Assembly (NCBI GenBank): GCA_000004695.1
Contig: CM000154.2
Span: forward strand, 1,280,001-1,344,000
Source: Dictyostelium discoideum
Lineage: Eukaryota
DNA: 64,000 nucleotides
Reading direction: 5' to 3'
A program made the position numbers and the translations under genes. Every line of letters begins with the position of its first letter. The first letter of the stretch is position 1. The notes beneath the pieces are model-generated. The model was not told the origin of the DNA, ran no database searches, and saw only the letters and a program-made list of their open reading frames with translations. Positions 31,274-43,718 of this stretch are shown here, in pieces.

Positions 31274-32160
31274 TTCTCACACCCCGTATTTTTCAAATGT
31301 ATTTTTATTATTATTTTTTTTAAAAAAATTATACAAACATTTAAATATTTATTTCTAAAATTTAAATCTGGATTAATTTGTAAACTTGAAAATAATAAAT
31401 CAACTAAATAATCATTTGTTGATAAAACTTTTGAAGTATAAATTATATTTAATTTTAATTGTAATTGTTCAATTGATAAATCTTCAAATGATGATGAATT
31501 ATTATTATTATAAGTTTTAATTGATTTTGGAGTTGGTGGAGTATTTGATGGTAATAATCCTTTTAATTTTGCATAATCGAAACCAGTTGCTCTAAATGAA
31601 TCAATTGTATCAAAAAATGTAAAATTCTTTAAATCTTTAATTTTTGGTGATTCTATTATATATTGTAAAATCTCTTTATTACCAAGCATCATTGCTAAAT
31701 GAAATATAGTTATACCAGTAACTGGATCACGAAATTCCACTAAATTATATCCACCTTGTTCAAAAATATATTTAAAAATTTCAATATCATTAGTTCCAAT
31801 TGAAAAAAATAAACTCATTCTATTCAATGATGGTGATTCTAATTCTTCTTCATTTTTTATTTGTTGTTGTTGATTTAATAAATCTTTAAAGAAATTTGGA
31901 TTTCTTCTTAATTCTGATGATAATTGATATTTAATACTACCTAAATCTTTTTCTAAAATTATCTCTGTTAATGATGTTAATTGATCTTCAAAAACTAACT
32001 TTGCTGCCATCATATAAATATCTGAGAATTCTTTTGATGCTTCTTTATCTTGTCCAAGTTTTTCAATATATTGATTTTCAAAACTAATATCTTTATCATT
32101 TATTTCATTTTCATTTATATTAAAATCTTTTTCAATTCTTTTTTTCCAATAATTATTCAT
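30716..32160 (-). CDS. SET-domain protein (SETD7-like SET fold) with N-terminal ankyrin-like region. Proposed two exons: 31339..32160 and 30716..31159.
   Basis: C-terminal exon: ESVGWGLFAGKDFKSGDFIVRYGG...MINHSSKF...ECIFEYGCEQALITATKSIKKGEQIFIDYSKSFW. This matches the core SET motifs (GWG, NHS, FIDYS) and resembles the SET region of the gene at 1180..2179. Upstream ORF 31162..32160 (...GITIFHLAMMLGNKEILQYII...) is in another frame. Proposed splice: ...NKYLN|gtttgt (31338) to ttaaaag|TTA (31159), both phase 0. This needs confirmation. Confidence 0.5.
31184..31274. repeat. (ATT)n microsatellite of about 30 units inside the proposed intron of the SET-domain gene
   Basis: Direct reading. The poly-I/poly-L ORFs here are artefacts. 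Confidence 0.85.
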
Positions 32161-32495
32161 TTTATTATTATTTCTTTTGTATATAAATATAAAAAAAAAA
32201 AAAAAAACGAAAAGCTAAAAAAAAAAAAAAGTTTTTTGTCCAAAGCCTTTTTTTTTTTTAATAAAAAAATATAAAAATCTGTTTTATTTTTAGATTTGGA
32301 AAAAAAGAGAATTTCTAAACACAAATTAATAATTAAATAAATTATTTAATTTTTATTTAAATAAAAATAAAACTATTATTGAGCTCTGAATTATCATAAA
32401 AAAAAAAAATTAAAGAAAAATAATAAAAAAAAATTTAAGGAAAAAAATATATATTTTTTTTTTTTTAAAAAGATAGAGTTAAATAAAAAATTTAT

Positions 32496-33538
32496 TTAGT
32501 TGGCAGCAGCGATATCTTTGGCGTATTGAGCAAGAGTACCGTGGTTGGTGATGACTTTAACGTTGGCACCATCGTTCATTAAACGACCGTCAGCTTTTAA
32601 TTTTTGGTAAGCTTCACGATTGTAGGCGGTGAAACCCCATTTCTTTGAGACAACGATCTTTTGACGACCTGGGAATTTGTATGAAGATCTACGTAAAGCT
32701 TCAACAACGTTGGCTAACATATTATCTCTGGTTCTGATGGAGAAAATGATTTGACCAATATTAACACGAGCAACAGTACCCATTGGTTTACCGAAGGCAC
32801 CTCTCATACCGGTTTGAAGTCTATCTGCACCAGCGCATGAAAGCATCTTGTTAATACGTAATACGTGCCATGGGTGAACTCTGACTCTCATGTGGAATGA
32901 ATCTTTACCACCAGTCTTTGAGATGTATTTGTTACATGAAATACGACCAGCTTCAATGGCTTCTGATGAAAGTTGTTCTTTTTCGAGGGAGATGAGATGA
33001 ACACATAATGGGAATTCATCAGTTGATGCTTTCTTACGACCTAAATCGAAAATTCTGATTTTAGCATCTGGTACACCACGACAATATCTAGATTTGATGT
33101 ATGGTTTGTTCTAAAGTGAGAGAGGTTAGTTCTCTTCTACTTTTTTTTAAAAAAAAAATAAAATAAAATTAACTTACTTTGCAATATCTGTAGCTATTTT
33201 TTCCAATTGGTTTATAATTTTTTTTTTATAAAGTTGAAATTTTAGTTAGTATCTATATTCATCATAATCCTTTATCTGTATAATAAGTCCAATATAAATA
33301 TATCCTCATTCTTCAATCAATCCAATATCATCATAAATAATCTATAATCAATCCTATCAATCTTTATTTCTCAATCCCATATCTAACCTATTGATAATTA
33401 CCATCTAGCTGGACCTAAATATTTTTAAAAAATAATGTTAGTTTATTTTATTTTTTTTTATTTTTTATTTTTTTTTTTAATTAATTTTTTATGTGATATG
33501 TGATATAGTGACACATACGACGACCCATTTTTTATATT
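32496..33538 (-). CDS. rpl10: 60S ribosomal protein L10 (uL16/QM), with three 5' micro-exons. Exons: 33529..33538 (10 nt), 33402..33414 (13 nt), 33178..33193 (16 nt), 32496..33110.
   Basis: ATGGGTCGTC|gtatgt, then tttag|GTCCAGCTAGATG|gtaatt, then aatag|CTACAGATATTGCAAA|gtaagt, then tttag|AACAAACCATAC... The splice yields MGRRPARCYRYCK|[109 protein letters not shown].... This is an exact match to the universal RPL10 N-terminus. 217 aa. Confidence 0.88.
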
Positions 33539-33629
33539 TTGGTATGACTAAAACTAAGAGTGAAGAAATAAAATTTTAATGTGAAAAAAAAAACGACAAG
33601 GTTTGGGAAAAATTTTCAAAAAATTTTTG

Positions 33630-33665
<36 letters not shown>

Positions 33666-34367
33666 ATTGAATGTAAAAAAAAAGTTTGTTACAAATTTTT
33701 GGACTTAAATATTTTTTTAATTTTCATTTTTATTTTTTTTTTCTCAATAAAAGAATAAAAGAATAAAATTAAAGAACACCCTTCATGAAGTGTTGGTTAA
33801 TAATAATTATGTTTTTTTTATTTATTACTTTATTTTTTTTCATTTTTTTTTTTTTTTTTTTGTTTATTAATTATTATTATTTTTATTATTTTTTTTTTTT
33901 TTTATTAATTATTATTATCATTATTATTTTTTTTTGTTTTTTTTTTTTTTTTGGGGATCCTATTCTATTATTTTTATAATTTTTTTACTATTTTATTTTT
34001 TTATTTTTTCATTTTTTCATTTTATAATTTTTATTGTTTTATTTTTTTTATTTTTTTTTTATTATTGTTTAATTTTTTTTATTATTGTCATTATTATTAT
34101 ATTTTCATTATTTTTTTTTTTTTTTTTTTTTTATTATTTTATATTTTTATTATTTGTCCCCATTTCATATTTAGAAAATGGATAAAATTCTTATATATGA
34201 ACTGTTGAAAATGAGCACTCAAATTTTTTTTTTTTTTAAAAAAAATAGTTCCCAATTTAGAAACATTTTCTTTTTTATTTTTTTTTTTTTTTCAATTCCC
34301 AAAGCCAACAAATAAATTTTAATTAAATTTTAATTTTTTCAATTTTTCAATTTTTTTTTTAAATTTT

Positions 34368-34423
<56 letters not shown>

Positions 34424-34542
34424 GGTTCAACGCAACATCATTTTCACCAAATCACTTTACTCGTTTATTTATTTTAAAATTTGGTTTTATCAGTTTATAG
34501 ATTTAAAAAATTAAAAATTTTTTTTAAAAAAAAAATATAGAT

Positions 34543-35018
34543 ATGTCTGTAGGTATTATTTTTTATTTTTTTTTATTCAATTTTTTTTTTTTTTAATTTT
34601 TCCAACAATAATATTTTATAAAGTAACGTTTTTATTGTTTATTTTTTTTTATTATTTTTTTTTTTTTTTTATGTATACTAACAAAAACAAATTATAATTC
34701 TTCATCTAATTGTAGGGTGTTAAAAAATTTATTCCATTATTAGATCGTATATTAGTTGAAAAGATTTCAAATCAAGCAACTAAAACTTCAGGTGGTATTT
34801 TCATTCCAACCAACAAAGATGCACCAACAAACAATGCTAAAGTAATTGCAGTAGGTACAGGTTCAGTTAAATTAGATGGTTCATTTATTGATCCAATCGT
34901 AAAAGAAGGTGATATTGTTTTAATTAATCCAAAAGCAAGATCAAATACTGTTCCATGGGGTGATAAAACTTATCACTTACTCAGTGAAAATGATATTTTA
35001 GGTATAATTGAAAATTAA
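34543..35018 (+). CDS. 10 kDa chaperonin (Cpn10/Hsp10/GroES-like), mitochondrial. Two exons: 34543..34548 and 34716..35018.
   Basis: ATG TCT|gtaggt ... ttgtag|GGT GTT AAA AAA TTT ATT CCA... gives [52 protein letters not shown]...[10 protein letters not shown]...[15 protein letters not shown]. About 102 aa. The GroES signature (P-L-xDR-[IV]LV, GGI, mobile loop) is clear. Confidence 0.85.
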
Positions 35019-35342
35019 ATAAAAGAACAATAATAATAAAATAAATAAATATATATATATAAAGAAAAAAATTAAAAAAAATAAAAAATAAAAAAAAAAA
35101 AATAATAAAATATTAAGTTATTATTATTATTATTATTATAATAATTATTATAATTATTATCACTATTTCTATTCTTTTATTTATTTTTTTATTATCACTA
35201 AATTTTTAATTAACCATTTAAGGTTTCCTTTTTTTTTTTTTTTTAGTTATTTAAAAATATTATGAGGTAAACTAAGAAAGAAACTTTTTTTAAACATTTT
35301 TTGACTTTAAAATATATTTTTTTATTTTTTATTTTTTTATTT

Positions 35343-35783
35343 TTAAACAATAGGTCTGGTTGCAGCCTCTAATACTAGTGATATATTATCACCTTTTAAT
35401 AAAATTTGACCTAATGGTTTCTTTGTTTTCTTTTTAATTGATAATTCTGATGCATTATCTAAAACTAAATTCATATATTCATCAAGACCCTAAAAATATA
35501 AAAATATAATAAAAGTTAGTAAAAGAATAATTTTTTTTTATTTTTTATATTCATATATAAACATACAATGATTACACCTTGAATTCTAATATCTGTATTT
35601 TCAAAAAGCATAATTTGTACTTCTGTTTTTTGGGTTAAAAATTTAAAAATTAATGTCTAAATTTAGAAATAAGGTTAGTGGTGAATTGAAAGGTTTTTTT
35701 TGGATGAAAATATTAGCTTTGAAAAAAAAAAAAAAACTTACGATTGGTTTAATCATAACAGATTTTGCATGATGTCTACTCAT
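35343..35783 (-). CDS. Small nuclear ribonucleoprotein E (Sm-E). Three exons: 35742..35783, 35567..35656, 35343..35489.
   Basis: [14 protein letters not shown]|gtaagt ... tttag|[30 protein letters not shown]|gtatgt ... ttag|[48 protein letters not shown]. 92 aa, the same length as human SNRPE. Clear Sm1/Sm2 motifs ([17 protein letters not shown] / LGRIMLKGDNI). Confidence 0.8.
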
Positions 35784-37087
35784 TTTTTATTATATATATA
35801 TTTATTTTATAATTTACAACTATACAAAGGAATTTTATTGGTTTTTTATTGAATATATTTGATGTGTTGGGTTTTATTGATGTTTTCTGGTCTTGAATAT
35901 TGATTAAATCTTTTAAAAAACAGATCTATAACCAAAAAAAAAAAAAAAAAATTGTTGTTATTTATATATTCGTGAAAATTTAACAATCATCATTTTTTTT
36001 TTTTTTAAAATTTTTTATTTTTCATTTTTCATTTTTTTTTTTTTTTTTTTATTTTTTTTTTTTTTTTTTTTTTTGGTCAATTGGAAATCAAATTAAAAAA
36101 AAAAAAAATAAAACAATATTGTTTATTATCTAAAAAAGGTGATTAAAAAAAAAAAAAAAAAAGAAAATCATTGGATTATTTATTAAATTTTAATCAAAAA
36201 TTTTATTTTTAGGATTTAGATATATACCATTCATTTTTTGTAATTGTTTTTTTATTTTGGAGAATGGGAATAAAATTTATATAAAAAAAAAAGATAAAAA
36301 AAAAAGATAAAAAAAAATTTGATTATTTGATTGAATTGGTTTATAAATTTTTTTTATAAAACTAAAAAAAAAAATAATATTCATAAATTTCTTAATTTCA
36401 TTTATTTATTTTATTTTTTTAAAAAATAATAAGTGAGTTTTTTTTTTGATCAAAAAAAATAAATGAAAAATATTTAAATATTTGGATTATTTTATTATTT
36501 CAAGTTTGACATTTTAAAAAAAAAAAAAAAAACACCAATTCAATCAAAATCAAATTTTTTTTTTGGTTTCTTTTTAAAATCTATTTTTTGAATAAAATAA
36601 ATTCCCCCTTGTTCCTCAAAACAAAAAAATTAATTACAAAAATATGGATGATAAATAATTAAATTCAAAAAAAAATAAAATTTTTGATTAAATATTACTT
36701 TTTTTTTTTTTTTTCAATCCCCAAATCTTAATCTGTTTTTATCAATAACCCTTTTTTCACAAAATATAAAAATATCTTAACCCCCATGCCTGGAATTTTT
36801 TTTTTTTTACAATTATCACCCCCAAACAGTTTATTATATTTAATTTTATTATTATTTTTATTATTATTATTATTTCCATTAACCCCACCAAACCTTTTAT
36901 TATTATTATTATTATTTTAAACCGTTTTTTTTTTTTGAACTGTTAAAAAAATTCAATTATATTTATTTTTTTTTTTTTTTTTTATTAATATTTTTTTTTT
37001 ATTTTTTTTTTTTTTTTTTATTTTGGAAGTATAAATAAAATTATTTTTAATAATAATTTCCTTAGTTTTTAAATAATAATATAAAAA

Positions 37088-39928
37088 ATGAATAAATTTT
37101 ATTCATTACCATTAATTATTATTTTAATAATTTCGTGTGGTGCTTTTTTTATCCACGGAGAAGAGGCATATTTTGAATATAGGATTCATAATGAAAAATT
37201 TATTTTCAAACTTAGTGATGATATTAAAATTCAACATGCAAGAAGAGTATTATCTGGTGGTATGTATTTACAAATAAAAAAATAAATAAATAACTTAAAA
37301 AATAAACAAATAATTAATTAATTATATAATCGAATTAATAAATTAATAAATAAATGAAAAAATAAATAAACAATTAAATAAATAAAAAAATAAAAGAATG
37401 AATTGATTGACAACATTATACTAATTTTTTTTTTTTATAAATTCTTATAGATGAAATAAGTTTGTAAGTTGATAATAGTTATTTTATTATTATTTATTTA
37501 AATATCTTCTTAATATTAATATTTACTATAACCCAATAATTATAAAAAAATAGAACAAACGTTGTAGGTAAAATTATTAACAAACCAATAGAATATAATA
37601 TTAATTGGGATTTTCATCTTGACCCAGACTCAGTTACTTTTTTTGAATCTGAAACAGAGGTAAATTTATATTTAATAATATTTTTATTTTATTTATTTAT
37701 TTTTTAAAAAATATTTAACAAAGTCAATTAACATGTAAATTAAAAATATTTAAAAAAAAAAAAAAAAAAAATAGTTTTGTAACCAAAAATTCCAGTATGT
37801 AAATGGATATATTGATAAACTTTGTGAAAGTGATAATTGTTATTTTTGCCCATGGGATGGTTCACTTGTTAGGGAATTATATTTTGGAGATATTAAACAA
37901 GATCTATTACTTCGTAATAATGAAAATCAACAAGTAAAACAAGTATATGAAGGTGATATTAAACAAGATTTAATTCGTCGTAAAAATAAAATTCATCCAG
38001 AAAAACAAATGCATGAAGAGGATATTAAACAACAAGTTTTTTTCCGTATCAAAAATATTCATGAAAAACCAGTTTATGAAGGTGATATCAAACAAGATTT
38101 ATTACGTCGTAAAAATAAAAATAATCCAGAGAAACAAGTATATGAAGGTGATATTAAACAAGATTTATTACGTCGTAAATATTATGATAAATCTCAATCA
38201 ACCCAAGTATATCAAGGTGATGTGATTCAAGATATATTACGTTCAATAAATCGTCAAGAAAAAGAAATTTATGAAGGTGATATCAAACAAGATTTATTAC
38301 GTCGTAATAATCAAAATAATCAAGAAAAACAAGTTTATGAAAGTGATATCAAACAAGATATTTTACGTCGTAAATATTATGAAAAATCCCAATCAACCCA
38401 AGTATATCAAGGTGATATGACTCAAGATATATTACGTTCATTAAATCGTCAAGAAAAAGGAGTTTATGAAGGTGATATCAAACAAGATTTATTACGTCGT
38501 AAGTATTATGATAAATCTCAATCAAACCAAGTATATCAAGGTGATGTGATTCAAGATATTTTACGTTCTATAAATCGTGATAAAAAACCAGTTTATGAAG
38601 GTGATATCAAACAAGATTTGTTGCTTCGTAATAATCAAAATCCACAAGAGAAATCAATATATGAAGGTGATATCAAACAAGATATATTACGTCGTAAAAA
38701 TCTTGATAAATCTCAATCAATACAATTTTATCCAGGTGATATTATTCAAGATATTTTACGTGTTTTAAATCGTGAGGAAAAAGAAGTTTATGATGGTGAT
38801 ATTAAACAAGACTTATTATCTCGTAAAAATCTTGCCAAATATCAATCAACAGAAGTATATCCAGGTGATGTCATTCAAGATGTTTTACGTGTATTAAATC
38901 ATGATGAAAAAGAAGTTTATGAAGTTGATATCAAACAAGACTTGTTACGTCGTAATAATAAAAATCCACAAGAGAAACCAGTATATGAAGGTGATATTAA
39001 ACAAGATATTTTACGTCGTAATAATCTTGATAAATCTCAACCAAAACAAGTATATCCAGGTGATACTATTCAAGATATTTTACGTATTATTAATCGTGAT
39101 GAGAAAGTTTACGAAGGTGATATTAAACAAGACTTATCAGGTCGTAAAAATCATCAAGAGAAAACTGTTTATGAAGGTGATATCAAACAAGACTTATTAC
39201 GTCGTAAAAATCTTGATAAACCTGATTCAAAACAAGTATATCCAGGTGATGTTATTCAAGATATTTTACGTGTTATTAATCGTGATGAAAAAGAAGTTTA
39301 TGAAGGTGATATTAAACAAGACTTATTACATCGTAATAACAAAAATCGTCAAGAGAAACCAGTATATGAAGGTGACATTAAACAAGATTTATTACGTCGT
39401 AATAACAAAAATCATCAAGAAGAACAAGTATATCAAGGTGATATTATTCAAGATATTTTACGTGTTTTAAATCATGAAGAGAAAGAAGTTTACGAAGGTG
39501 ATATTAAACAAAATTTGTTGCGTCGAAAAAATCATGATCATCCAGAAAAAGAAATTTATGAAGGTGATATTAAACAAGATTTATTACGTCGTAATAACAA
39601 AAACCATCAAGAGAAACTTGTTTATGAAGGTGACATTAAACAAGATTTATTACGTCGTAATAACAAAAATCATAAAGAAGAACAAGTATATCAAGGTGAT
39701 ATTATTCAAGATATTTTACGTGTTTTAAATCATGGAGAAAAAGAAGTAAATGAGGATGAAATTGAAAAAGATTTGATGCAACGTAAAAATCACCATCAAG
39801 AAGAAGAGGCTTCTGAAGACTTGGAAGAAGAAATTGGAAAACTTTGGAATAAACAAAGTCAAGCATTTGTTGAACAACATCCAAACCAACACAACAATCA
39901 AAAAACAATTCACTTGTCAAGACAATAA
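37088..39928 (+). CDS. Secreted tandem-repeat protein of unknown function: signal peptide plus about 28 copies of a 22-25 aa charged repeat (consensus ..[22 protein letters not shown]..). Four exons: 37088..37259, 37451..37463 (13-nt micro-exon), 37554..37659, 37775..39928.
   Basis: Exon 1 [26 protein letters not shown]... (signal peptide) ends in phase 1 with GTATGT. cttatag|ATGAAATAAGTTT|gtaagt restores the frame into aaatag|A ACA AAC GTT..., giving [35 protein letters not shown]|gtaaat. The final exon starts either at atag|TTT (37775) or ccag|TAT (37796); both are in frame. It encodes ...[33 protein letters not shown]... followed by the repeat array (ORF 38009..39928). The overlapping small plus ORFs (38013.., 38577.., 38901.., 39474..) are repeat-frame artefacts. 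Confidence 0.6.
37880..39760 (+). repeat. Coding tandem repeat array of about 66-75 bp units (consensus gtttatgaaggtgatattaaacaagatttattacgtcgtaa...)
   Basis: Direct reading: more than 25 near-identical units in alternating A/B forms ([15 protein letters not shown]... / [20 protein letters not shown]). Confidence 0.85.
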
Positions 39929-40045
39929 ATTTACTATCAATAAAAATAATTATTATGTTTATTTTATTTTATTTTTTTTTTTTATTATTATTATTTATTA
40001 GTAAAAAAAAAAAAATAATAATAATTGAAGAATTTTTAATTTATT

Positions 40046-41143
40046 TTATTTAAATTCTTTAACTAATTGTTTGAATTCAGAGATTAAGTCATTAACAGTT
40101 AAAGAACCTCTAACGACATTATCACGAGTACGAACATTGACGGTGTTACCATTAATTTCTTCTTGACCAACGACCAAGATGTAATTGTATTGAGCAAGTT
40201 GAGCTTCACGAACTTTTTTAGAGATAGTTTTATCGGAATCATCGATATCACAATAGAAACCAGCATCAGAGATTTCTTTACAAACCTTTTGACCGTATTC
40301 ATTGTGAGTTTTATTGACAGTGACGACGATAGCTTGACGTGGTGAGACCCATAATGGCCATTTACCACCGGTATGTTCGATTAAAATTGCCATCATTCTT
40401 TCGACGGAACCCAAGATAGCACGATGAATGATAACTGGTCTCTTTTTGAGTTCGGCAGCATCATCAGATTGATACTCTAAATCGAAACGAATTGGTAATT
40501 GGAAATCTAATTGAATGGTGGCACATTGATGACTTCTCTTGAGACAATCGGTGATGTGAATATCAATCTTTGGACCATAGAAAGCACCATCTTTTGGATT
40601 TAATTTCCATGGTTTACCAAATTTATTGAGGGCTTTCTCGAGGGAGGCTTCAGCAATATCCCATTGAGCGATTTCACCAAGGAAATTGTCTGGACGAGTT
40701 GAAAGTTCTAAACCAAATTCGAAACCAAAAATACCATAAACATATTGCATGAAACCTAAACAACTATTGATTTCATCTTCAATCATTTCGGTGGTACAAA
40801 AGATGTGAGCATCATCTTGTTGGAATTTACGTACACGAGTTAAACCAGTCAATGCACCTGCTAATTCATTACGATGTAAAACACCAAAATCTGCAAAACG
40901 TAATGGTAATTCACGATATGATCTTTGACGTGATCCAAACATTAAACAATGACCTGGACAATTCATTGGTTTCAATGAGAAATTGTCTTTATCAACTGGT
41001 AATACAAACATATTTTCGGAATACTTTTGCCAATGTCCTGATTGTTCCCAAAGTTTTTGTGAGAAAATTGATGGTGAAATAACTTCAGTAAATCCTCTTC
41101 TATGATATTCTTCCTTTATTTTTTTTTTTTTTAAGAAAAAAAA

Positions 41144-41183
<40 letters not shown>

Positions 41184-42570
41184 ATATTATTTTAGATGAT
41201 AATAATTATTATTTTTAAATTACTTACTCTAATAAATTCAACTAATTTATTATAAATTCTAGTGCCATGTGGTAAAAAGAAAGCACTACCTGGTGAATAT
41301 GGATGGAAAAAGAAGAGTTCTTGAGCTTTACCAACATTTCTATGATCACGGAGAGCAGCTTCTCTCATGAAATTTTCATATTCTTCCATTTGTTTTTTAT
41401 CTGGGAAAGAGATACCATAGACTCTTTGTAAATCATCATTTTCAGCTTTACCTAACCAATAAGCGCTTGAATTCTTGGTAACAGCAAATGATTTAATATA
41501 ACTAGTATTTGGTACATGTGGACCTCTACATAAATCAACTAAAGTACCACAACGATATAATGATACAGTATCCTCTTGTGGAATCTTTGAAATGATTTCA
41601 GTCTTGTATTTGTTAAATTTAAACATAGTTAATGCAATATCTCTTGGTACTGCTAATCTTTCAAATGGTTGTTTCTCTTGAACAATCTTTTGTGCTACTT
41701 CATTAATTAATTTATAATCTTCTGCTGATACAATCCTATAATAAATAAATAAATAAATAATTAATAAAATGATTTTGAATGATTTGATCAAATTGACAAT
41801 ATTGTTGTTTCATTTGGTATTATTGAAATTAATTTTGAATATTTACTTATCACCCATAGCCATATCATAATAAAAACCTTCAGAAGTGGCTGGACCAATA
41901 CATAATTGACCACCATAAATTCTTTCCATAGCTTGACCTAAAATATGAGCAGATGAATGCCAAAAAGTTTTTTTACCTTCTTCAGAATCAAATTTACATA
42001 ATTGTAAATTACAATCAGCTTCGAGTGGTCTAGAGATATCCCAAATTTGTTCACCATTAACTTTTGATGAAACAATTGAATCAGCAAGACCTCTTGAAAT
42101 ACCCTTTGCAATATCATATGGGGTGGTTTTATTTTTAATACCTGCTACAACTTTACCATCTGGTAAAGTAACATTAATTGGTTCTTCTTTCATATCTATT
42201 TAAATTTTAAAAAAAAAAAAAAATATATATAAAAAAAAAAATAAAATAAAATAAAAAGATATTAATAAAATATTATAACCTAAAAATAGTTTTTTTTTTT
42301 TTTATTTTTTTTTTTTTTTTTTTTATTTTTTTTTATTTTTATTTATTTATTATTATTATTACCTTTAAGTGATTCTAAGTGTTTTGCTTTTAAACTTTCC
42401 CAAATTTCAATTCTTTCTTTGACGTAATCTGGAGTTTGGAGAGTTTCCATGACACCAACTTTCTTTACAGCTGGTTTCTTTTCTTTCTTTTCAGCAGCTG
42501 GTTTCTTTTCAGCAACTGGTTTAACTTCAGTTGGAGTTTCAACTGGTTTATTTTCTTGTGAATCTGACAT
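40046..42570 (-). CDS. Threonyl-tRNA synthetase (class II, cytosolic type). Four exons: 42363..42570, 41847..42195, 41228..41735, 40046..41113.
   Basis: Exon 1 [12 protein letters not shown]...LESLK(g)|gtaata. Exon 2 (D)[18 protein letters not shown]... (TGS domain)...[29 protein letters not shown], ending in phase 2 with gtaaat. Exon 3 (K)[13 protein letters not shown]...EFIR|gtaagt. Exon 4 [40 protein letters not shown]...NCPGHCLMF...[38 protein letters not shown]...[18 protein letters not shown]...[18 protein letters not shown].... These are canonical ThrRS motifs 1-3 and anticodon-binding domain. 710 aa. Confidence 0.88.
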
Positions 42571-43199
42571 TTTATTAATTTTATATATAAATAAATTGAT
42601 TAATACAAATTAAAAAAAATAATAAAAATAAAAAACTATGAAAAAAAATTTTAAAAATTGGGCTTGATATCGAAAAAAAAAAAATAAAAAAATAAAAAAA
42701 AATAAAAAAAAAAATTAATTTATATAAAAAAAAAAAAAAAAAATAACGACCGCCACAAAAAAAAAAGAAGTTCATTTTAATAAATTTCTCAAAAAATTTG
42801 GTATAAAATTTATTTTGGCAATAACCTTATTGATTAGTTTTGTTTAGACACAAATCAAAAATAGGTAAAATAAAAAAATAAAATATAATATAAAAGAAAA
42901 TTAATAGAATAACCCCCACCCCCAACGATAATAAAAAAACAAGAAAAAAAAAAAAATCATGTAATTAAAATAATGAAAATTTAAATAAAGATATTTTAAA
43001 ATAAATGCTATTACTATATTATTTATTTATTTATTTTTTACAATTTTTTTATACTTGATTCTTAATAATTTCTCTTTGAAAATATACATATTTTATATAA
43101 ACCAAAGATATTTTTATTTTATTTTTATTTTCATCTTTTTTTTATTTTTTTTATTTTTTTTATTTTTATTATTATTACTATTTTAGTTTTTTTTTAATA

Positions 43200-43657
43200 T
43201 TAATAGAAATTATCAAGAAAATCATCAGTTTCTTGTGAGGCATGAGTAATGATTATGGTATTTGAAAATTTCAAATTATTGAGATTATTATTTTGGATGA
43301 ATTGATTCGCCATAAAATTTCCAATTTCTTTTTTAATTTCCAAACTATTTTCATCTTCATTGATGTATAACAATTTTTGATCACAATTATTATTATTGTT
43401 GATGTTATTAATTTCATTATTACTGTTATTAAAGTTGTTTTCATTATTTTTAATAAAACTATTATAAAATTGAGTATAATTTATATCTTTTCCAATCCAA
43501 ACATATAAAATCCTATCATATTTTGAAATTAAAATAAATAAACCATCATCAGCTAAATCTTCACAATCAAATACATCATATTCTTCCCATGAATTTTCTT
43601 CTTTTATGAAACGGTATAGATATGCTCTACCATTACCATTTCCATTACTATTATTAA

Positions 43658-43718
<61 letters not shown>

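Noticed and set aside
33199-33395. Possible box C/D snoRNA in rpl10 intron 2
   Set aside because: Two TGATGA (box C-like) motifs are present on the gene strand, but I found no CUGA D box or terminal stem. This is insufficient evidence, so it is left as a suggestion inside the rpl10 finding.
38013-39913. Multiple 60-190-aa ORFs (plus and minus) overlapping the tandem-repeat gene
   Set aside because: They are alternative-frame readings of the same 72-bp repeat ([12 protein letters not shown]...). Only the frame encoding [13 protein letters not shown] is continuous with the signal-peptide exons.
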